Shown in pieces: positions 60,451-64,000 of a stretch of DNA of 64,000 bases. The stretch lies in assembly GCA_021378535.1 (NCBI GenBank), contig JAACJV010000002.1:27876-91875 (forward strand), in the 5' to 3' direction. The first letter of the stretch is position 1; every line of letters begins with the position of its first letter. Below the pieces are notes generated by a model. It saw only the letters and a program-made list of their open reading frames with translations, was not told where the DNA came from and searched no databases. Made by a program: the position numbers and the translations under genes. Source of the stretch: Ureaplasma sp. Hg1 (GTDB taxonomy: Bacteria > Bacillota_I > Bacilli_A > Mycoplasmatales > Mycoplasmoidaceae).

Positions 60451-61440
60451 ATGACCAAGCAAACACAAAATTTAAAAAACATAGCAGAGAAATCAAAGTT
60501 AAAACAACCTAAAAGTAAGGTTGTTAACTTTGCCGTTATTAAAGAAAATTTAACGAAGAAATATATAAAGCACCCTTATGTTAAGAAGTTAGGGATGACT
60601 GAAAAGGATGTGCGGAATCACATTGTAGACTTAAACCGCGTTATTATTTCTAATCAAAAATGTAATATTAACGATAATCAACCGTGTCCATTAAATGGTT
60701 ACCACTATGAATTAGAAAAAAAAGATGATGATTATGTGATTGTTAATGTTCCATGTAAAAAAACTGTAGAACGTAATTTTATTAAAAACTACTATTTTCG
60801 AGATTTTGATAATGCATTATTAAAAAACCGAATGAATGCTGATTATATCGACAATTATGATTCGAGCAATAGGGGTGATTTAGCACTTTTAATGAAGCAA
60901 ATTAAGAAAAATGAAAATAATAGAGGTTTCTATTTGCACGGTAGTTTTGGTATTGGTAAAACATATTTGATGGTTTGTCTAGCTAATGAATTGGCACACC
61001 TTAATCGATCAGTAGCTTTTATTATGATGGGTAGTTTTGTTTTGAAAATAAAACAATCGTTTGATCGAAGTGGCGAATTAAGTCAAATCGACTATATTGA
61101 AAAATTGAAAACAGTTAATGTTCTTTTTATAGATGAAATGGGTACCGAAACAGTCGGTCAATGGGTTCATAATGAATTTCTTTTCTCGATTTTGAACTAT
61201 CGGTTGCAACATGATCTTTTAACAATTTTTATAAGTAATTTATCAATTACTGAATTGACTAAATATTATCAAACAGCACGTAGTAACAATAACTCTAAAA
61301 AATTATCTGCCACAACTGTTGCGCGTCTTATGAATCGGATCCAATCACTTAGTTATTATAATTACATAGAATTAAAAGGACCTGATGTTCGCCAACGTAA
61401 TATTAAACGTCAAATAGCTAAGAAAGTAAAACCCAAATAG
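60451..61440 (+). CDS. dnaI: primosomal helicase loader DnaI (AAA+)
   Basis: Walker A is GSFGIGKTYLM, Walker B is LFIDEMG, and a Cys-rich zinc-binding region sits at the N-terminus. GAGGT RBS precedes ATG 60451. Confidence 0.8.
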   Translation: MTKQTQNLKNIAEKSKLKQPKSKVVNFAVIKENLTKKYIKHPYVKKLGMTEKDVRNHIVDLNRVIISNQKCNINDNQPCPLNGYHYELEKKDDDYVIVNVPCKKTVERNFIKNYYFRDFDNALLKNRMNADYIDNYDSSNRGDLALLMKQIKKNENNRGFYLHGSFGIGKTYLMVCLANELAHLNRSVAFIMMGSFVLKIKQSFDRSGELSQIDYIEKLKTVNVLFIDEMGTETVGQWVHNEFLFSILNYRLQHDLLTIFISNLSITELTKYYQTARSNNNSKKLSATTVARLMNRIQSLSYYNYIELKGPDVRQRNIKRQIAKKVKPK

Positions 61441-61467
61441 TGTAATGCTTACTAAAGTAGAACCACT

Positions 61468-61500
61468 AAAAATAGTGTCAATAAATTAGACACTATTTTT
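61468..61500 (+). terminator. rho-independent terminator after dnaI
   Basis: AAAATAGTGTC / GACACTATTTT stem followed by a T-run. Confidence 0.65.
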
Positions 61501-61590
61501 ATTTAGCGATAGAACTTTAAATAATTATTATTAATTTTAAATATGTAATATAATTAATAATAATACAAGGTAACAATACGAGGTAATAGT

Positions 61591-63237
61591 ATGATAATAA
61601 ATGACATTAAAAAAAACTTGAAGGATGCTTTAAAAGCGCTTGGAATTAGCGTTGATATAAATTTTAATGTGGAAAAATCTAAAACATTAAAGCAAGGTGA
61701 TTTTTCAAGTAATATAGCTTTGACATTAGCAAAACAAGAAAAACAAAATCCAATGACTTTAGCAGCCAACATTATTAAAAATTTAAATCAAAAAGATTAT
61801 GCTAAAGTTGAAATTTCAAAACCTGGATTCATTAATTTTTTCCTAAACTCAAAAGTTAATAATCAATTAATTAATACGATTTTAAAAGAAGGCGATAAAT
61901 TTGGCCAATTCCCGAAGAAAAAAACAAAATATAATGTGGAATATGTTTCTGCTAATCCAACAGGATATTTACATATCGGGCATGCTCGTAACGCTGTTTT
62001 AGGAGACACAATTACGGCATTATTAAAAACATATGGATATTCAGTTGTTACTGAATATGTTGTTAATGACTCAGGTAATCAAATGAATAAAATTGCAATG
62101 AGCACTTTATTACGTTACCAAGAATTATTTGGTAAAAAAATTGAAATGCCTGAAGATTCTTACCACGGGATTGAAGTAATAAGTATTGCCAAAGATTTAA
62201 AGCAAGAATTTGGAGATAAATATATTGATTTAAAATTAGATGAAAAAATGAATATTATTGATCAAAAAGCTAATTATGATATTCGTTGATTTGCTCGTGA
62301 TAAAATGTTAGATATTATAAAAGACCATCTACATCAATTGGGAACTGATATTGAATTATATTTTTCAGAAACTGAGATTCATAAGAGCGGAGCTATTGAT
62401 GAAGTTATTAAACGATTGGGTGATAATGCCTATGTTAAAGATGGTGCAACTTGATTACGATCAACTAAATTTGGGGATGATAAAGACCGTGTCATCATTA
62501 AATCAGATGGAGTACCCACTTATTTTGCTCCCGATATTGCATACCATGAAATAAAATTAAGACGTAATAAAGGTGTTGATAAGTTAATCAATATTTGAGG
62601 CGCTGACCACTTTAGTTACATCACGAGAATGACCAATGCTATGCTAGCGTTAGGATATCCAGAAGGAGTTTTAACCGTCGTTTGTATGCAAATGGTTAAA
62701 TTAATTAAAGATGGAAAGGAATTTAAATTATCAAAACGAACAGGTAACTCATTACGATTAATTGATTTAGTTGATACAATAGGAAAAGACGCAGCACGTT
62801 GATTCTTAATTAGTCAAAGTCCTAATACTCATATTGAGCTAGACATTGATGTAGCAACTAAAAAAGATAATAACAACCCGATTTATTATGTGCAATATGC
62901 ACATGCTCGAGCTAATCAAATTCTGTCTAAGGCTAAATATGATTCAACTTCTAAATTTGATTTATTAACTAACGATGGTGAACGTGAATTAATTGACTTG
63001 TTACACTATTATAAACATACAATAGAAGTAGCAACAAATAATTTAGAGCCAAATAAATTACCATTATATTTAACAACACTAGCTAAACAATTCCATAGTT
63101 ATTATAGTTCTAACAAAATTATTAATCCTGAAAACAAAGTTTTATCACAACAAAGATACTACTTGGTTAAAGCTTGTAAACAAGTTATTGCTAACGGTCT
63201 TAAAATACTTGGAATTGAACCGATGGATAAAATGTAA
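61591..63237 (+). CDS. argS: arginyl-tRNA synthetase
   Basis: [15 protein letters not shown] (HIGH) and KLSKRTGN (KMSKS-like) motifs, plus a DALR-type C-terminus. ORFs 61591 and 62890 are in one frame, and I read the 62290..62889 gap codon by codon and found only TGA. Confidence 0.92.
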
Positions 63238-63325
63238 CTATCTACAAATTATTATATATACATCTTAAAGTATTCTTTTAAAGACATTATACTTTCTTGA
63301 TTTTAAAGTGATAAAGTATGTATAA

Positions 63326-64000
<675 letters not shown>

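Noticed and set aside
62351-62554. 67-aa plus-strand ORF in a different frame inside argS
   Set aside because: The argS frame (frame of 61591 and 62890) reads through this region with only TGA codons and gives recognisable ArgRS sequence. The alternative-frame ORF has no RBS and a low-complexity product.

Overview
This 64 kb window looks like a Mollicutes (Mycoplasma-type) chromosome. It is very AT-rich and reads UGA as Trp (genetic code 4). TGA sits at conserved Trp positions in LeuRS (KKWQKYW), DnaK (GGDDWDQ), Nfo (ETPW) and others. Reading TGA as Trp fuses nearly all the fragmented track ORFs into 55 protein-coding genes. I saw no rRNA, tRNA, CRISPR array or IS element.

Most genes are housekeeping: rpsT, fmt, pncB-like, rpsU, nfo-gpsA-der, the dcw cluster mraZ-rsmH-ftsA-like-ftsZ, leuS, dnaJ-grpE, uvrC, dnaK, thiI, nrnA-like, dnaE, a 5'-3' exonuclease, mutM, coaE, a dnaB/D-like gene, dnaI, argS and gap.

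Five items deserve a second look:
1. Two translationally coupled small ORFs (42679..43175, minus strand) share a 15-residue double-glycine leader followed by GxxxG-containing hydrophobic helices. This resembles a two-peptide bacteriocin.
2. An apparently intact C39-peptidase ABC exporter plus a small accessory membrane protein lies at 23119..25462. It is a plausible processing and export partner for those peptides.
3. A 1351-aa charged coiled-coil protein (2756..6811) carries an isolated Cas9-type HNH nuclease module, with no RuvC motifs, cas genes or CRISPR array nearby.
4. A 1527-aa chimera (14105..18688) joins a catalytically degenerate ABC ATPase domain to a highly repetitive coiled-coil region. 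It sits directly after a two-nuclease-domain protein that resembles the DUF2779 family.
5. The essential leuS gene needs a +1 frame change near 36720.

All family assignments come from motif recognition by eye. No database search was possible.
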